A stretch of 61,598 bases of DNA, from NCBI GenBank assembly GCA_038895395.1, contig JAWANJ010000002.1, forward strand, positions 1-61,598, given 5' to 3'. This document shows positions 1-10,900 of the stretch, piece by piece (positions within the stretch are counted from its first letter, which is position 1; every line of letters starts with the position of its first letter). This DNA is from Candidatus Iainarchaeum sp. (GTDB taxonomy: Archaea > Iainarchaeota > Iainarchaeia > Iainarchaeales > DTGL01). A program made the position numbers and the translations under genes. The notes under the pieces are model-generated. The model did not search any database. It was not told the DNA's origin and saw only the letters and a program-made list of their open reading frames with translations.

Positions 1-259
1 TACTCTAATAAACCCTCCAGAATCCCTCTAATGACCACAGAAGTGTAAAAGTAAAAAAACCATAAATATAAAGGCATCTTTACATTTTCGATATGATTTA
101 CAAAATCAGCTATTTTTTATAATAGATGCAGTACAGCCCATACAAAATTGCCATATATATGTTAATTTATGCTTTTGCTGGCTTTTTAGATATTTAGATA
201 TTGTTTTTTAGATATTGTTTTAAATATTTCTGCTTATTAACAGTTGAAAAGGTGTCCAA

Positions 260-796
260 ATGAAAAAACACATTAAACTCATTCTGCTCGGCATCTTGAC
301 CTTTATTGTTTTCTTTGTAGTTATCCTTATGTCAACAGGCATTTTTTCAGCATTTCAGCCAACATACAAAGAAGGCGAATATTATAAGGCTCCAGATGGC
401 ACATCAATAGAGAAAAGAATCACAATTGAAAACGGATCTTTTGATACAAATGAAGTTTCAATACCAAAGGGTAAACTTGTTGGTTTTAGAATATATAACA
501 ATGACAAAGTTTCATACCGAGTGCTTTTCATGAAAAAACAAAATAACGAGGTAAAAGCCCTTCATGAAAGTTTCATAAAGCCAGGTGAAGAAAAGCTGGA
601 ATATGGCTTTTACTATGACCTTTCCATGTATAGTGATATGCCTGAAAAAGTTAAGCAAGAAGAGGATCATGTTGTAATGACTGACAGATTCGAACTTATC
701 TACACAGCAGCTAGATGTCTCCCATCAGAAGAATGCATTTTGACATGTACAAATTGCCGCGGCAGCCAAGTTCAAATCAAGGCAAAAGTGGAATAA
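260..796 (+). CDS. hypothetical membrane-anchored or secreted protein
   Basis: 178-aa ORF. GGTG Shine-Dalgarno-like motif a few nt upstream of the ATG. N-terminal hydrophobic helix (ILLGILTFIVFFVVILM). C-terminal Cys cluster (CLPSEECILTCTNC). No family recognised. Confidence 0.5.
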   Translation: MKKHIKLILLGILTFIVFFVVILMSTGIFSAFQPTYKEGEYYKAPDGTSIEKRITIENGSFDTNEVSIPKGKLVGFRIYNNDKVSYRVLFMKKQNNEVKALHESFIKPGEEKLEYGFYYDLSMYSDMPEKVKQEEDHVVMTDRFELIYTAARCLPSEECILTCTNCRGSQVQIKAKVE

Positions 797-814
797 TGAG
801 CAGCAAAACATACT

Positions 815-1241
815 TCAAACATCCAAAACACACTGCGCTCTGTAAAATCCTTTCTTTTTTCGATTTTCAAACCGGAGTAAGTTGCACCTTTTACCTCTGT
901 CTTTAAGTTGTGTTTTTTATCATCCATTGCTTCACCAAAAGCAGACCCATCAAGGATAAACACTCTGCGATTCTTCTTTATTTTTACCTTAAACTCATTG
1001 AAAACTGCTTTCTCAAGTGCGCCTTGCTTAGAAGCCCATTAAGCCAGGAAGTAAAAAGTTCCTCCAAGCTTTCGGCCTCAATTTTTACCTTAACTTCACC
1101 GACTGCTTTTGCATCTTCAAGGTCAGCCATTACGCTGAACATCGCTATTGCAGCTTCACAAAAGGCCTCTTCAATCGTTTTTCCAATGTCTTTTATGCCA
1201 ACACCTGGCTTTGTGCGGAAAAACTTCGAACATTTTAGCAT
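815..1241 (-). pseudogene. archease (RtcB tRNA-ligase activator) pseudogene with at least 3 frame disruptions
   Basis: Three minus-strand frames together spell a full archease: MFEVFPHKA / GVGIKDIGKTIEEAFCEAAIAMFSVM...LEELFTSWLNGLL / LEKAVFNEFKVKIKKNRRVFILDGSAFGEAMDDKKHNLKTEVKGATYSGLKIEKRK / GFYRAQCVLDV*. Frame switches lie near nt ~1205, ~1030 and ~855 (an A-run). ORF-track pieces 984..1241 and 772..963 are fragments of it. Confidence 0.7.
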
Positions 1242-1358
1242 TAACTTTATAACTTCTGGTCAGCTCCAAAAAATACCAGTTGGAATAATCTTAAATCTTG
1301 TTTGGCTAAAAGTTACTCAAAATAATTTTAATTATTGCGTGCATTAAAAATTTAGCTT

Positions 1359-1979
1359 ATGCCAATTGCTGAAGCAAAGAAAGTCTGATTTAACGGAAAG
1401 CTTGTCAATTGGAATGAAGCAAAAATACATGTTCTTACGCATGCTTTGCATTATGGCTCTGGTGTTTTTGACGGTATTGGGTGCTACGGAACCGAGGAAG
1501 GACCTGCAGTTTTCAGGTTAAAGGTTGCCCATCAAATGCAAAGACAACAGGCCAACACATTAATTCAATCCTTGCAAAGATTGAAGCTTTGCGCTGTGGT
1601 TGCAAAGAGGCAATAATGCTCGACTCTCGTGGTTTATATCAGAAGGAACTGGAGAAAATATCTTTATTGTAAAGGATTCAGTGCTCTACACACCACCCTT
1701 TACATGCAAGCATTTTGCCTGGCATAACCAGCGATAGAATCATTAAGATTGCAAGAGAACTCAGCTATGAAGTCAGAGAGGAAGATCACAAGAGGGCTGC
1801 TTTATTCAGCAGATGAGGCCTTTGCAACTGGCACAGCAGCCGAGATAACGTCCATAAGAGAAGTTGATGGTATTGAATAGGCGGTCCAAGGGAAATAACA
1901 AAAAAACTTCAGAAGAAATACTTTGATATCGTGCATGGAAAGTAAAAGAAATACTTGGGGGTGGCTCGACTTTCTGTAA
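1359..1979 (+). pseudogene. branched-chain amino acid aminotransferase (IlvE-like) pseudogene
   Basis: IlvE signature segments are scattered over all three plus frames: [47 protein letters not shown]; [29 protein letters not shown]; GENIFIVKDSVLYTPP; [22 protein letters not shown]; [21 protein letters not shown]; KKLQKKYFDIVHGK; WGWLDFL*. There is an in-frame TGA at the conserved Trp, about 6 frameshifts, and roughly 100 codons missing between FRL and AK..G. Confidence 0.75.
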
Positions 1980-2077
1980 AGTCCTTGCTATCTGTAAAAT
2001 ATTACATTCTCTTTTCTTCAATTGCCATTATCTTACGGTTAATCAAAAATATAAAATAAGGCTATCACTCTTAATGA

Positions 2078-2386
2078 TTACCCCATTAACTCTATTTCCA
2101 TATGCACTTTATCTGGGATTTCGATGTGCATTATTCTGCGCAAGGTACGTTCATCTGACTGTATGTCAATAAGCCTTTTATGAATCCGCATCTGCCATCT
2201 TTCATATGTTTTAGAGCCACCTGCTGACATGCCTCTGCGCGTTGCAATTTCAATTTGCTTTGTTGGTAAAGGCACTGGTCCAGAGTATTTTGCACCCATG
2301 CGTTTAGCGATGTCTACTATGTTACTGCTAACTTCTTCCAAGACCTTGTAATCAGGGCTTGAAAGCCTTATGCGAGCTTTTTGCAT
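2078..2386 (-). CDS. rps10: 30S ribosomal protein S10
   Basis: MQKARIRLSS...YSGPVPLPTK...WQMRIHKRLIDI match the S10 family. Conserved position after tuf. The ORF-track N-terminal extension (to 2458) is hydrophobic read-through of the intergenic region, so the internal ATG at 2384-2386 is preferred. Confidence 0.9.
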   Translation of the reverse strand: MQKARIRLSSPDYKVLEEVSSNIVDIAKRMGAKYSGPVPLPTKQIEIATRRGMSAGGSKTYERWQMRIHKRLIDIQSDERTLRRIMHIEIPDKVHMEIELMG

Positions 2387-2390
2387 TTTT

Positions 2391-2430
2391 ATCACTAAAT
2401 ATAAAAAAATATCACTAAATATAAAAAAAT
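2391..2430. repeat. perfect tandem duplication of a 20-bp unit (atcactaaatataaaaaaat x2) between tuf and rps10
   Basis: Read directly: 2391-2410 equals 2411-2430. On the coding (minus) strand each unit carries TTTATATTT, which is TATA-box-like. The proximal copy ends 4 nt from the rps10 ATG. Confidence 0.9.
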
Positions 2431-2466
2431 AAAAAAATAATAAAAGAACGAAACTCATACAATAAC

Positions 2467-3738
2467 TTAAACTGCCTTTGGTGTTACTTTCATCACTATT
2501 CCAGCTGCAACTGTTTGACCCATGTCTCTAATTGCAAATCTACCAAGCTGTGGGAACTTGCTGTACTCTTCTACAACCACTGGTTTCAATGGCTTTACTT
2601 TTATAATTGCAGCATCACCGGTTTTTAAAAACTTTGGATTTTCTTCAATTACCTGACCAGTTTTAGGATCAAGTTTTTTCTGAATTTCCACAATCCTACA
2701 GGACAATTGCGCTGTATGAATGTGGAAAACCGGCGTATAGTTCACAGGTATTGCTGTTGGGTGATTCAAAACAACAATCTGTGCTATAAATTCGTCAGCC
2801 ACAGTTGGTGGATTTGTTGTGTGACCAACAACATCGCCCCTTTTGACATCCTCTTTTCCAATGCCCCTTATGTTGAAGCCGATATTGTCTCCAGGTACTG
2901 CTTGTGGCAAAGCTTGGTGATGCATTTCTATAGATTTCACTTCCCCAACTTTTCCAGATGGCATCACAATTACTTTGTCGTTTGGTTTTAATATTCCAGT
3001 TTCAACCTTACCGACAGGCACCGTACCAATTCCTTTAATGTTGTATACATCTTGTATTGGGATTCTCAGGGGTTTGTCAACCGGCAATGGGGGCGCCTCA
3101 AGAGAATCCAAAACATCTATAAGCAATGGCCCATTCCACCATTCAAGTGCCCCTTTCCCCTTTACTATATTATCTCCCTTCCATGCAGATATGGGAACAA
3201 ACTTCAATTGCTCTGGTTTATAACCTATAGTAGTAAGAAGCTTGTTCAAATCTTTTTGTAGAGTTTCGTATCTACCTTTATCATAATTAACTTCATCCAT
3301 CTTGTTTATTGCCACAACCATCTGCTTGATACCCATAACTTGTGCCAAGAAAGCATGCTCTTTAGTTTGCGGCTGAATTCCTTCTTTTGCAGATACAACT
3401 AGCACAGCAGCATCAGCTTGGCTAGTTCCAGTTATCATGTTCTTTACAAAGTCTTTATGTCCCGGAGCATCGATTATAGTAAAAGTATTCTTTTTACCCT
3501 CAAATTTCTTATAAGCAAGGTCTATTGTAACACCACGCTTTCTTTCTTCCTTTAGTCTATCCATCACAAAGGCAAATACAAAAGATGCTTTTCCAAGTTC
3601 TTTGGCCTCTGCTTCAATTTTTCTTAGCTCTTGCTCCGATATAGCACCAGAGTCGTAGAGTAACCTACCGATAGTTGTAGACTTTCCATGGTCAACATGT
3701 CCTATAAATATTAGATTTATATGTTTTTTCTCCGCCAT
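2467..3738 (-). CDS. tuf: translation elongation factor EF-1 alpha
   Basis: [17 protein letters not shown] and NKMD GTPase motifs, with full-length similarity to aEF-1alpha. Start chosen at MAEKKHINL; the ORF track starts 7 codons earlier at 3759. Confidence 0.95.
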   Translation of the reverse strand: MAEKKHINLIFIGHVDHGKSTTIGRLLYDSGAISEQELRKIEAEAKELGKASFVFAFVMDRLKEERKRGVTIDLAYKKFEGKKNTFTIIDAPGHKDFVKNMITGTSQADAAVLVVSAKEGIQPQTKEHAFLAQVMGIKQMVVAINKMDEVNYDKGRYETLQKDLNKLLTTIGYKPEQLKFVPISAWKGDNIVKGKGALEWWNGPLLIDVLDSLEAPPLPVDKPLRIPIQDVYNIKGIGTVPVGKVETGILKPNDKVIVMPSGKVGEVKSIEMHHQALPQAVPGDNIGFNIRGIGKEDVKRGDVVGHTTNPPTVADEFIAQIVVLNHPTAIPVNYTPVFHIHTAQLSCRIVEIQKKLDPKTGQVIEENPKFLKTGDAAIIKVKPLKPVVVEEYSKFPQLGRFAIRDMGQTVAAGIVMKVTPKAV

Positions 3739-3867
3739 ACTTATACCTCCAAAAGACACGAATATTTACGAATTTCCAATAAACTATATAGTTATACCAT
3801 TAAATTTAAATATCATAACCTTTAAACTTTGGATGACCAAAAATGTACGCATTGGTTTTACATTTGG

Positions 3868-6057
3868 TTAACTTAGGAAATACTCTGCTGGTTTTGGTTC
3901 AGGCTCAAGCCCTTTCCTTGTTCTTAAGCTTTTTATAACGTCCTTTTGCATTGTTTCTGGCAGTGCTTTATAGTCATAAAACTCAGCAGTCCATATAGCT
4001 TTGCCTTGTGTTGCAGACCTTATTGCTGAGCTAAATCCAATAAGCTCTTTTACAGGTGCAATTGCAATTATTATTGTGAGCTCCCCTTCAGTGCGCATTT
4101 CTTCTATTGTGGCTCTTCTTTGTTGTAGCTCCTTTAGCACAGCACCCATGTACTCTTGTGGTATGTTAATGAAAAGTTTTTGTCTTGGCTCTAGAAGCAA
4201 AGGTTTAGAGCTAAGGATACAAGCATAGATTGTTCTAGTTATAGCTGGTAGAACTTGTGCTGGGCCTCTGTGAATTGCATCTTCATGAAGTCTTGCATCA
4301 ATAAGCCTTACTATTATGCCCAAACATTTTTCTTTGGCAAGAGGCCCTTCGTTTATCGCGTCCACAAATCCTTGACATACAAGCTCTTGTATTTCTTGTA
4401 TTGCTTCTATTCCACGAGTGTTGTCGATTAGTATACAATTGTTATGTACCCACCAAACCCTTTTTGCATCATCAGAGCTTAGACCAATGCTTTCAAGTTT
4501 TGCGATTTTGTCTGCGTCTTTCTTTCTTATCTTACCTTCAAGCTTTGCCTCTATAAGTTTTTCAAGCATTTCTTCACTCATCGGCTCCACAACTAAAGTA
4601 AAGTCATTGTGTTTGTTTGGACTTCTTCCTGTAAGTTCTTTACTTTTAGTTCTTATCGTCTCCCTATATACAACTATTGGGTTACTCATCTCTATAGGTA
4701 TGCCATTGTCAACCTCTATCCTATATCTTGTAACTTCAAGGTGAAGTTCACCCATACCACTTATGAGGTGTTCCCCTGTTTCTTGATTTATAGTAACAAC
4801 TACGTTTGGATCTTCTTTTGTTATCTTCTTCAAAACCTCAATGAGTTTTGGTAAATCTGTGGGCTTTTTAACCTCCACACTTACAGTTATAACAGGTTCA
4901 AAAGAACTCTTAAAGGATTCAAATGGCTGCATGTCTATACTGCTAATAGTTTCACCCACACGTACGTCTTTCATTCCAACTATTGCACCAATGTTTCCAG
5001 CTGGTACACATTCAACATTTACGCGCTCTGGACCCATAAATAGACAAACTTGCTGCACATTTGAGTCCCTTTTTCCATCTATTCTAACCTTTAAACCAGG
5101 CAGCAATTTACCTGAAAATATTCGCCCCGTTGCTATTTCCCCTGCGTGTGGATCTACAGTTACGTCTGTTATCATCATTGATAGTGGTCCATTTTCATCA
5201 CAGTTTAGCATAGCTTTTCCGGTTTCACTTTCTAGGTCACCACTCCAGATTATTGGTATTCTATACTTTTGAGCCTCAATAGGGCTTGGTAGATGTTTTA
5301 TTACCATGTCCATAACAGCCCTATAAAGTGGGCTTTTTTTTGAAAGCTCAGCCTGGGTGCCACTTTTACAGTGAGCAAACACATCTTTAAATCCAATACC
5401 TGTTTTTTTCATTATTGGAACTGAAACAGCCCACTTATGTAATGCAGAACCAAAAGTTACGCTGCCATCATCTACTTTTACTTGCCATTTCTCTTTAAAT
5501 TCTTCAGCAGCAAATTTCTTGATAAGACTGTTAACCTTTGAGATAACTTTTACCAGCCTATCTTGCATATCTTTTTCATCAACTTTGAGTTCATTTATTA
5601 AACGATCTACTTTATTTATGAAAAGAACCGGTTTACAGTTTTCTCTAAGGGCTTGCCTTAAAACAGTTTCTGTTTGCGGCATCACACCCTCTACAGCATC
5701 TACTACAACTATAACTCCATCCACGGCACGCATCGCTCTTATTACCTCTCCACCAAAATCAACGTGGCCTGGGGTATCAATTAAGTTTACCAAATATCCT
5801 TCGTCTTCATACTTATAAACTAGTGATATGTTAGCAGCATTTATAGTTATGCCACGTTCCTGTTCTAACTCATAAAAATCCATGACTAATTGCTGACCTG
5901 CAAGTTCTTCGCTCATCAAACCAACTGCTGCTATAAGTGAGTCACTCATCGTTGTCTTGCCGTGATCAATATGCGCAATTATACCCATGTTTCTTATATT
6001 CTTCTTGTTAAGCATCATTTTTTCTGCTAATTTAACCATCTCTTCTCGTCTTCCCAC
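3868..6057 (-). CDS. fusA: translation elongation factor EF-2
   Basis: AHIDHGKTT, DTPGHVDF and NKVDR motifs. Diphthamide-loop HEDAIHRGPAQ. 729 aa. Conserved operon position. Confidence 0.95.
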   Translation of the reverse strand: MGRREEMVKLAEKMMLNKKNIRNMGIIAHIDHGKTTMSDSLIAAVGLMSEELAGQQLVMDFYELEQERGITINAANISLVYKYEDEGYLVNLIDTPGHVDFGGEVIRAMRAVDGVIVVVDAVEGVMPQTETVLRQALRENCKPVLFINKVDRLINELKVDEKDMQDRLVKVISKVNSLIKKFAAEEFKEKWQVKVDDGSVTFGSALHKWAVSVPIMKKTGIGFKDVFAHCKSGTQAELSKKSPLYRAVMDMVIKHLPSPIEAQKYRIPIIWSGDLESETGKAMLNCDENGPLSMMITDVTVDPHAGEIATGRIFSGKLLPGLKVRIDGKRDSNVQQVCLFMGPERVNVECVPAGNIGAIVGMKDVRVGETISSIDMQPFESFKSSFEPVITVSVEVKKPTDLPKLIEVLKKITKEDPNVVVTINQETGEHLISGMGELHLEVTRYRIEVDNGIPIEMSNPIVVYRETIRTKSKELTGRSPNKHNDFTLVVEPMSEEMLEKLIEAKLEGKIRKKDADKIAKLESIGLSSDDAKRVWWVHNNCILIDNTRGIEAIQEIQELVCQGFVDAINEGPLAKEKCLGIIVRLIDARLHEDAIHRGPAQVLPAITRTIYACILSSKPLLLEPRQKLFINIPQEYMGAVLKELQQRRATIEEMRTEGELTIIIAIAPVKELIGFSSAIRSATQGKAIWTAEFYDYKALPETMQKDVIKSLRTRKGLEPEPKPAEYFLS

Positions 6058-6065
6058 ACTATCAC

Positions 6066-6668
6066 CTACCTACTGCTAGCAGCAATTCTTTCAATTTCAT
6101 TCCTGCGCTTTATGGCATAACTTTTTACATCGCCCTGGCTAGCAAGTATTATTTCTTCCGCAAGTGCTTCGGCAGCTGTCTTTTTAGATTTGTGGGAATT
6201 CGCAAAACCAGCAATAGCTATGTTTTTTAGAGCTTCATCTAAACGTCTCATTGGAGCTACATCAACACTCTGCGAATATATCAGTCCACCTTTTCTGAAC
6301 CTTGTTACATCTTCCCTTGGTGCAGCATTTTCAACGGCTCTTATTAGGGCTTCAATTGGGTTTTTGTTTGTTTTTTTTTCTACAATCTCCAAAGCCTCTT
6401 CAACGATCTTCATGGCTTGAAGTTTTTTTCCTGTAGACCCTCTACCACGAATGAACTTTCCACTAAGTTTCCTTTTTCCTTGCCCGCTTCTCATTATTTT
6501 GTTTATTAACCTTTCAACAATAAAAATATTTGATTTTCCAAACTTTTTTCTTGACTTAATCCCAAAAGAATGTGGTATTATCTTTGCCTCTTTGTTTATA
6601 TAGTCTGCTAGTCCAATGTCCTTAATTTCTATATTTTCAGTGCCCCATCTTCCAAAAGCCTTTGTCAT
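6066..6668 (-). CDS. rps7: 30S ribosomal protein S7
   Basis: 200-aa archaeal S7-like sequence in the conserved rps12-rps7-fusA order. Confidence 0.9.
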   Translation of the reverse strand: MTKAFGRWGTENIEIKDIGLADYINKEAKIIPHSFGIKSRKKFGKSNIFIVERLINKIMRSGQGKRKLSGKFIRGRGSTGKKLQAMKIVEEALEIVEKKTNKNPIEALIRAVENAAPREDVTRFRKGGLIYSQSVDVAPMRRLDEALKNIAIAGFANSHKSKKTAAEALAEEIILASQGDVKSYAIKRRNEIERIAASSR

Positions 6669-6672
6669 AAGA

Positions 6673-7104
6673 TTACCTCTTTATCTTCTCCACCCGACCC
6701 GTTCTTAGCATTTCTAGACTTTGGTTGTTAACAGCAATCACTTTGTACTTAACGCCCCAAAGGTCTCCCTTTGCACCATGTTTTCTACCACCCAGGCCTT
6801 CAATTATTACTTCGTCATGTTCATCAATGTATTTTATAGCCCCATCCCTTGGAGCAAATGCAGTAACCTGCCTACCATTCTTTATTAGTTGCACGCGAAC
6901 ACACTTTCTTATAGCAGAGTTTGGTTGTCTTGCTTCTACACCACGCTTTTCTAATACAATAGCACGACCTTGTGGAGCTCCCTCCAGAGGATCTATTATC
7001 TCACCAACCTTTCTCATCATTCTTTTCTTGTATTTGGCTTGTTTCCAGCGCCATTTTTTTCTATTTTTTTCTAACTTCCTTGCAGCAAATTCACCTAAAG
7101 CCAT
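6673..7104 (-). CDS. rps12: 30S ribosomal protein S12
   Basis: [26 protein letters not shown] and the C-terminal GVKYKV segment are typical of archaeal S12 (eukaryotic S23 type). Confidence 0.95.
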   Translation of the reverse strand: MALGEFAARKLEKNRKKWRWKQAKYKKRMMRKVGEIIDPLEGAPQGRAIVLEKRGVEARQPNSAIRKCVRVQLIKNGRQVTAFAPRDGAIKYIDEHDEVIIEGLGGRKHGAKGDLWGVKYKVIAVNNQSLEMLRTGRVEKIKR

Positions 7105-7112
7105 ATTTTCAC

Positions 7113-7511
7113 CTAAAATTTTATTTCATCAATATTATAATCCCTCTCAGCAAAAGTTTTTATTCTTTTAAACCTGCCCATATTTTGTATTATTTTTATT
7201 TTTTCATTACTTTCCATCCTAGTAAATACACTTTTATTTTTTCTTTCTATAGATATGAAATGTATTTGTGGAAATGCATTAGCTATAAAATCCTCGACCT
7301 TTTCATGCATTGCAAAGACCTCAACCCTTTTTCCCAAATGTTTTGCAAGAGCTTTAATCTTCAAACCATCTGGACCAAGACTTTTTTCAAGATCTTCTGG
7401 TGTCACAAGAAATGCTACAACTTTGCCATCAATAATACAGTCTTTTGCAGGTACTCCAGTAATAGCATCAAATTTGTTCATATAAAAGATCTCCTGCTGT
7501 GTCAACTTCAT
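7113..7511 (-). CDS. nusA: archaeal NusA-like transcription factor (two KH domains)
   Basis: 132 aa. [12 protein letters not shown]...AFLV pattern of archaeal NusA. Conserved location between rpl30e and rps12. Confidence 0.8.
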   Translation of the reverse strand: MKLTQQEIFYMNKFDAITGVPAKDCIIDGKVVAFLVTPEDLEKSLGPDGLKIKALAKHLGKRVEVFAMHEKVEDFIANAFPQIHFISIERKNKSVFTRMESNEKIKIIQNMGRFKRIKTFAERDYNIDEIKF

Positions 7512-7584
7512 TTTTTCACACTCTTAAAGCTTCTTTGTACAAAAGAAAGTACAAAATGCAATGCTTGCATCACTTAGCATTACT

Positions 7585-7899
7585 TTACTTCTTTTTTTCA
7601 CCCCTCTTTACAGCTTCCATAATCTTACTTTTACCAGCATCAAGCACTAAAATTGTTGACACAGCATATGGTTTCCCACAAATTGCACCTAGTTCCATAG
7701 GGCTGCGATCAAAACTAAGAAAAGGTATTTTAGCAACTTCAGCAATGTGTTCTAGCTTTTCAACCTTTTTCTTTTCAAAGCGTTTGCTTACTATTAATAA
7801 TCTGCCAATACCTTTTAAAACATTTTTTTCACATTCTCGATATCCAAGCACAACTTTTCCTGATTCAATAGCTCTTCTAATTTCATTTTCTATTTCCAA
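7585..7899 (-). CDS. rpl30e: 50S ribosomal protein L30e
   Basis: 104 aa. ESGKVVLGYRECEKNVLKG...LLIVS and ELGAICGKPYAVS are typical of the L30e/L7Ae fold. Conserved position after rpoA. Confidence 0.85.
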   Translation of the reverse strand: MEIENEIRRAIESGKVVLGYRECEKNVLKGIGRLLIVSKRFEKKKVEKLEHIAEVAKIPFLSFDRSPMELGAICGKPYAVSTILVLDAGKSKIMEAVKRGEKKK

Positions 7900-7913
7900 A
7901 TAATCACCACCTA

Positions 7914-10900
7914 CTACTCCTTCATAACTAGTTCAACCTTGCCTGAGCCAACCCTTATTGGTATGCCTACTATTATATTCTCAACTATGCCCTTCAAAGG
8001 TTCAGTTTCACCATAAAGTGCAGCATCAAAGAGATGCTTAACAGTTTCTTCAAAAGCAGCCCTTGCAAATGGAGATGTTTTAAACCTCATTACTCCGGTA
8101 CGTACAGTACCCCTAATCTCACCTGTGTAAGTTAACATGTCTGCAATTAGTAACATGTGCCTTGGATCCACTTTTATATTGTTTTCTTTCAATACTCTTT
8201 GTAGTTCATTTGCGATAGCACTACGACTAGCCTCAATTCCTAAAACTTTTGCAATTTCAACAATATCGTTGGTTGTTGTTCTGTAAGGATCCACCTCAGG
8301 TCTTTTCAAAACAGCTTTTAAGTTTGTGCCTAGCGTTTTTATGATATATTCTCCCTTATCTTCAACAACTATGGTCTTTTCGATTCCCGGAATTCCTTGA
8401 AGTCTTTTTTTCATAAGTTTTAAAATCTCGCTTCTTATTTTCAAATATGAGAGTTTTTGTCCTTCAAAAGATATTATTACTTTATTCTCTCTTTTAAAAG
8501 CTTTTCCTTTTTTCACAGATTCTTTTATTTTCTGTAAGATTGAATCTTTGTCTAGATTTCTCTCTTGAACCCATTCATCAACTAATTCTATTTCAGCAAT
8601 TTCTTTTTCTAGGTTTTCCTTGACTTTCGCAATATCTTGAACTTTAACTTCAATTATATCTCTTGCAAACTCTTCCGCCTTTTTCTTACTCCCCCTAATT
8701 TCTTCGTTTAGGTAAATTGTCATGCTCGAATACTTTGTTTTGCTACGTCCATCAACAACTTCTTCAATTCTCTGTATACCTGAGCCTACGCTAACCTCTG
8801 CTGCCCCAGCATAGTGCTTTGTTCTTAGAGTAAGCTGTGTTCCAGGCTCACCCATTGACTGTGCAGCTATGATTCCAACAGCTTCACACGGTTCAACAAT
8901 TGCTCTTTCATACTCCTCTTTAACTTTTGCAATCAACTCCTTTGAAGCCTCTTCATTAAGCTTCTTTTCAACAATATTTTCCAATATTTCGTTCCAGATC
9001 TTGTCTGGAAGGTCGCCTTTTTCGGGGGCATATTTTTCCCTGACCTTATCAATTGAAAGCTCAGCTTTTGTTGTCTTTTCCTGTTTGCCTGACTTTAGTA
9101 TTTCAGATACAATTTCTTCAACATTTACAGCCTTACCAAGCCTTGTGTTTTTTGGAAACACCCTGTCATCTCCATAAACAAACTGAACTATTTGTTTTGA
9201 ACTTGTTCTAACAGTGCCATCGTATTCAACAAGCAGGTCTTTCAAAGAGTTTGCAAGCCTTCTATACAAATAACCCGAAACCTTCGTACTTACACCAGTG
9301 TCAACCTCTCCTTGTCTACCACCAATTGAGTGGAAAAAGTATTCTTCAGCATCCATGCCATTAAGGAAATTCTGAGTTATAAAACCCCTTGCTTTGATAC
9401 CATGATCTCCTTCCTTTTCAAGAGACAATACTCTATCAAGATATCCGCGTTTTGGTCTACCTTCTCTTACAGAAGCTTGACCCCAAAACCCACTTATGTT
9501 CACAAGATTTATACTTCCTCCTCTAGAACCAGATACTATCATAACTATTGAATTGTATCTGGGGTTTTCAAGTAGTTCTTCTACTTTCTCTTTAAGTATT
9601 AAAGCTTCGATCTTTTGCTTTGCTTCTGAGGCAACTTTCATCATATATAATTCAAAGCTTTCCTCAAAGTTTCTGCCTGGGATAAGTGGCAACGTTTTTT
9701 CCTTATACTTTTTAACTATTTGGTCACCTTTTTGTATACATTCTTTTATAGTATCACTAATCTCTTGTTTTACTCGATTACTTATTTCATACTCTTTCAA
9801 TCCAACACTCATCCCTTTTGTTGTTATAATATCAGCATAAATCCTAGAAAATTTGTCGTAGAATTCCCTTATGACATGCGGTGGATATTTCCTTGCAAGT
9901 GTATCAACAAGGGCACCCCTAATTTCTCCCACGGAATTTTGATCAATAACACCTTTCTCTAAAACACCATCCTTGATTGTTACACAGTAAGGGCAGTCAT
10001 CTCCTTTGCATTTATAAGAAGAATGAACCCTGCTCATTATTTCGCACACTCTTGACTTATAATGCAAATTGAGATCCTTTGGCAAAAGCTGGCTGAATAT
10101 AAGTTTGCCAGAATACTTGTCTCCCCTATCTGGTTTTGGAATTTCTGTTAGGCCCATTTCATAGAAATACTGATAAGCTTTTTCAGCTTCAAATTCTGTG
10201 TTGTCAAGTGTCAGTATAAATCCACCACTTATACCATCTTCTTCAGGAACTATTATTGGACCACCGTGTCTTGGGCTTATTATGTGCTTTTCAGCAAGCA
10301 TGAGCTCTCTTGCTTCTGCTTGACCTTCTGGTGTCTGAGGCACATGCAAGTTCATTTCGTCTCCATCAAAGTCAGCATTATATGGTTTGCATATCACTGG
10401 GTTCATCCTTAATGTTTTTCCAGGTACAATCCTAGCGTAATGACCCATCATAGAAATTCTGTGCAGGGATGGTTGTCTGTTAAAAATTATTATATCTCCA
10501 TTTTGGAGTGTTCTTTCAACAGTATAACCAACATCTATTTCTTTCATTATTTCTTGCTTGTTTTCTTCAATAACCCTTTTTCTTACCCCATCGGGTCTTG
10601 TTACAGATACAACCTTTCCTTCTTCAATAAGAGCTTTTATGTTTGAAATGTTCCAAGACGTAACTGTTTCTTGAACAGTAAGTTCTTCAGCAAGTTCTTC
10701 TGAAACACCAACCTCGTTCATTGAAAGATATGGATCTGGAGTTATAGTTGATCTTGCTGCAAAATTAACACGTTTACCAGTAAGATTGTACCTAAAGCGA
10801 CCTTTTTTGCCTTTGAGTCTATCGCTTAGTGCTTGTAAAGGCCTGCCAGAGCGATGCTTAGTTGGTGAAACACCTGCTGTCTGATTGTCAAAATATGTTG

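Noticed and set aside
910-1347. 145-aa plus-strand ORF, plus ORFs 715..906 and 1806..2021
   Set aside because: They are antisense to or overlapping the archease and ilvE pseudogene remnants. The sequences are low-complexity and show no family resemblance.
1384-1386. In-frame TGA at the position of the conserved Trp in the ilvE-like sequence, considered as possible TGA-to-Trp recoding
   Set aside because: The same gene also has multiple frameshifts and a large deletion, so a simple TGG-to-TGA decay mutation is the economical explanation. The long intact ORFs in the window show no need for in-frame TGA read-through.
2391-2430. Possible CRISPR array or other multi-copy repeat arrays
   Set aside because: Only two-copy direct repeats were seen (here, at 18770-18804, and weak ones near 190-225 and 26108-26140). 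No repeat-spacer periodicity occurs anywhere in the window.
2387-2458. N-terminal hydrophobic extensions in the ORF track for rps10 (to 2458), tuf (to 3759), the pLGIC (from 20918), the gamma-CA-like gene (from 25424) and the methyltransferase (to 20937)
   Set aside because: Homologs start at the internal Met. The extensions are AT-rich intergenic read-through giving Phe/Ile/Leu-rich peptides.
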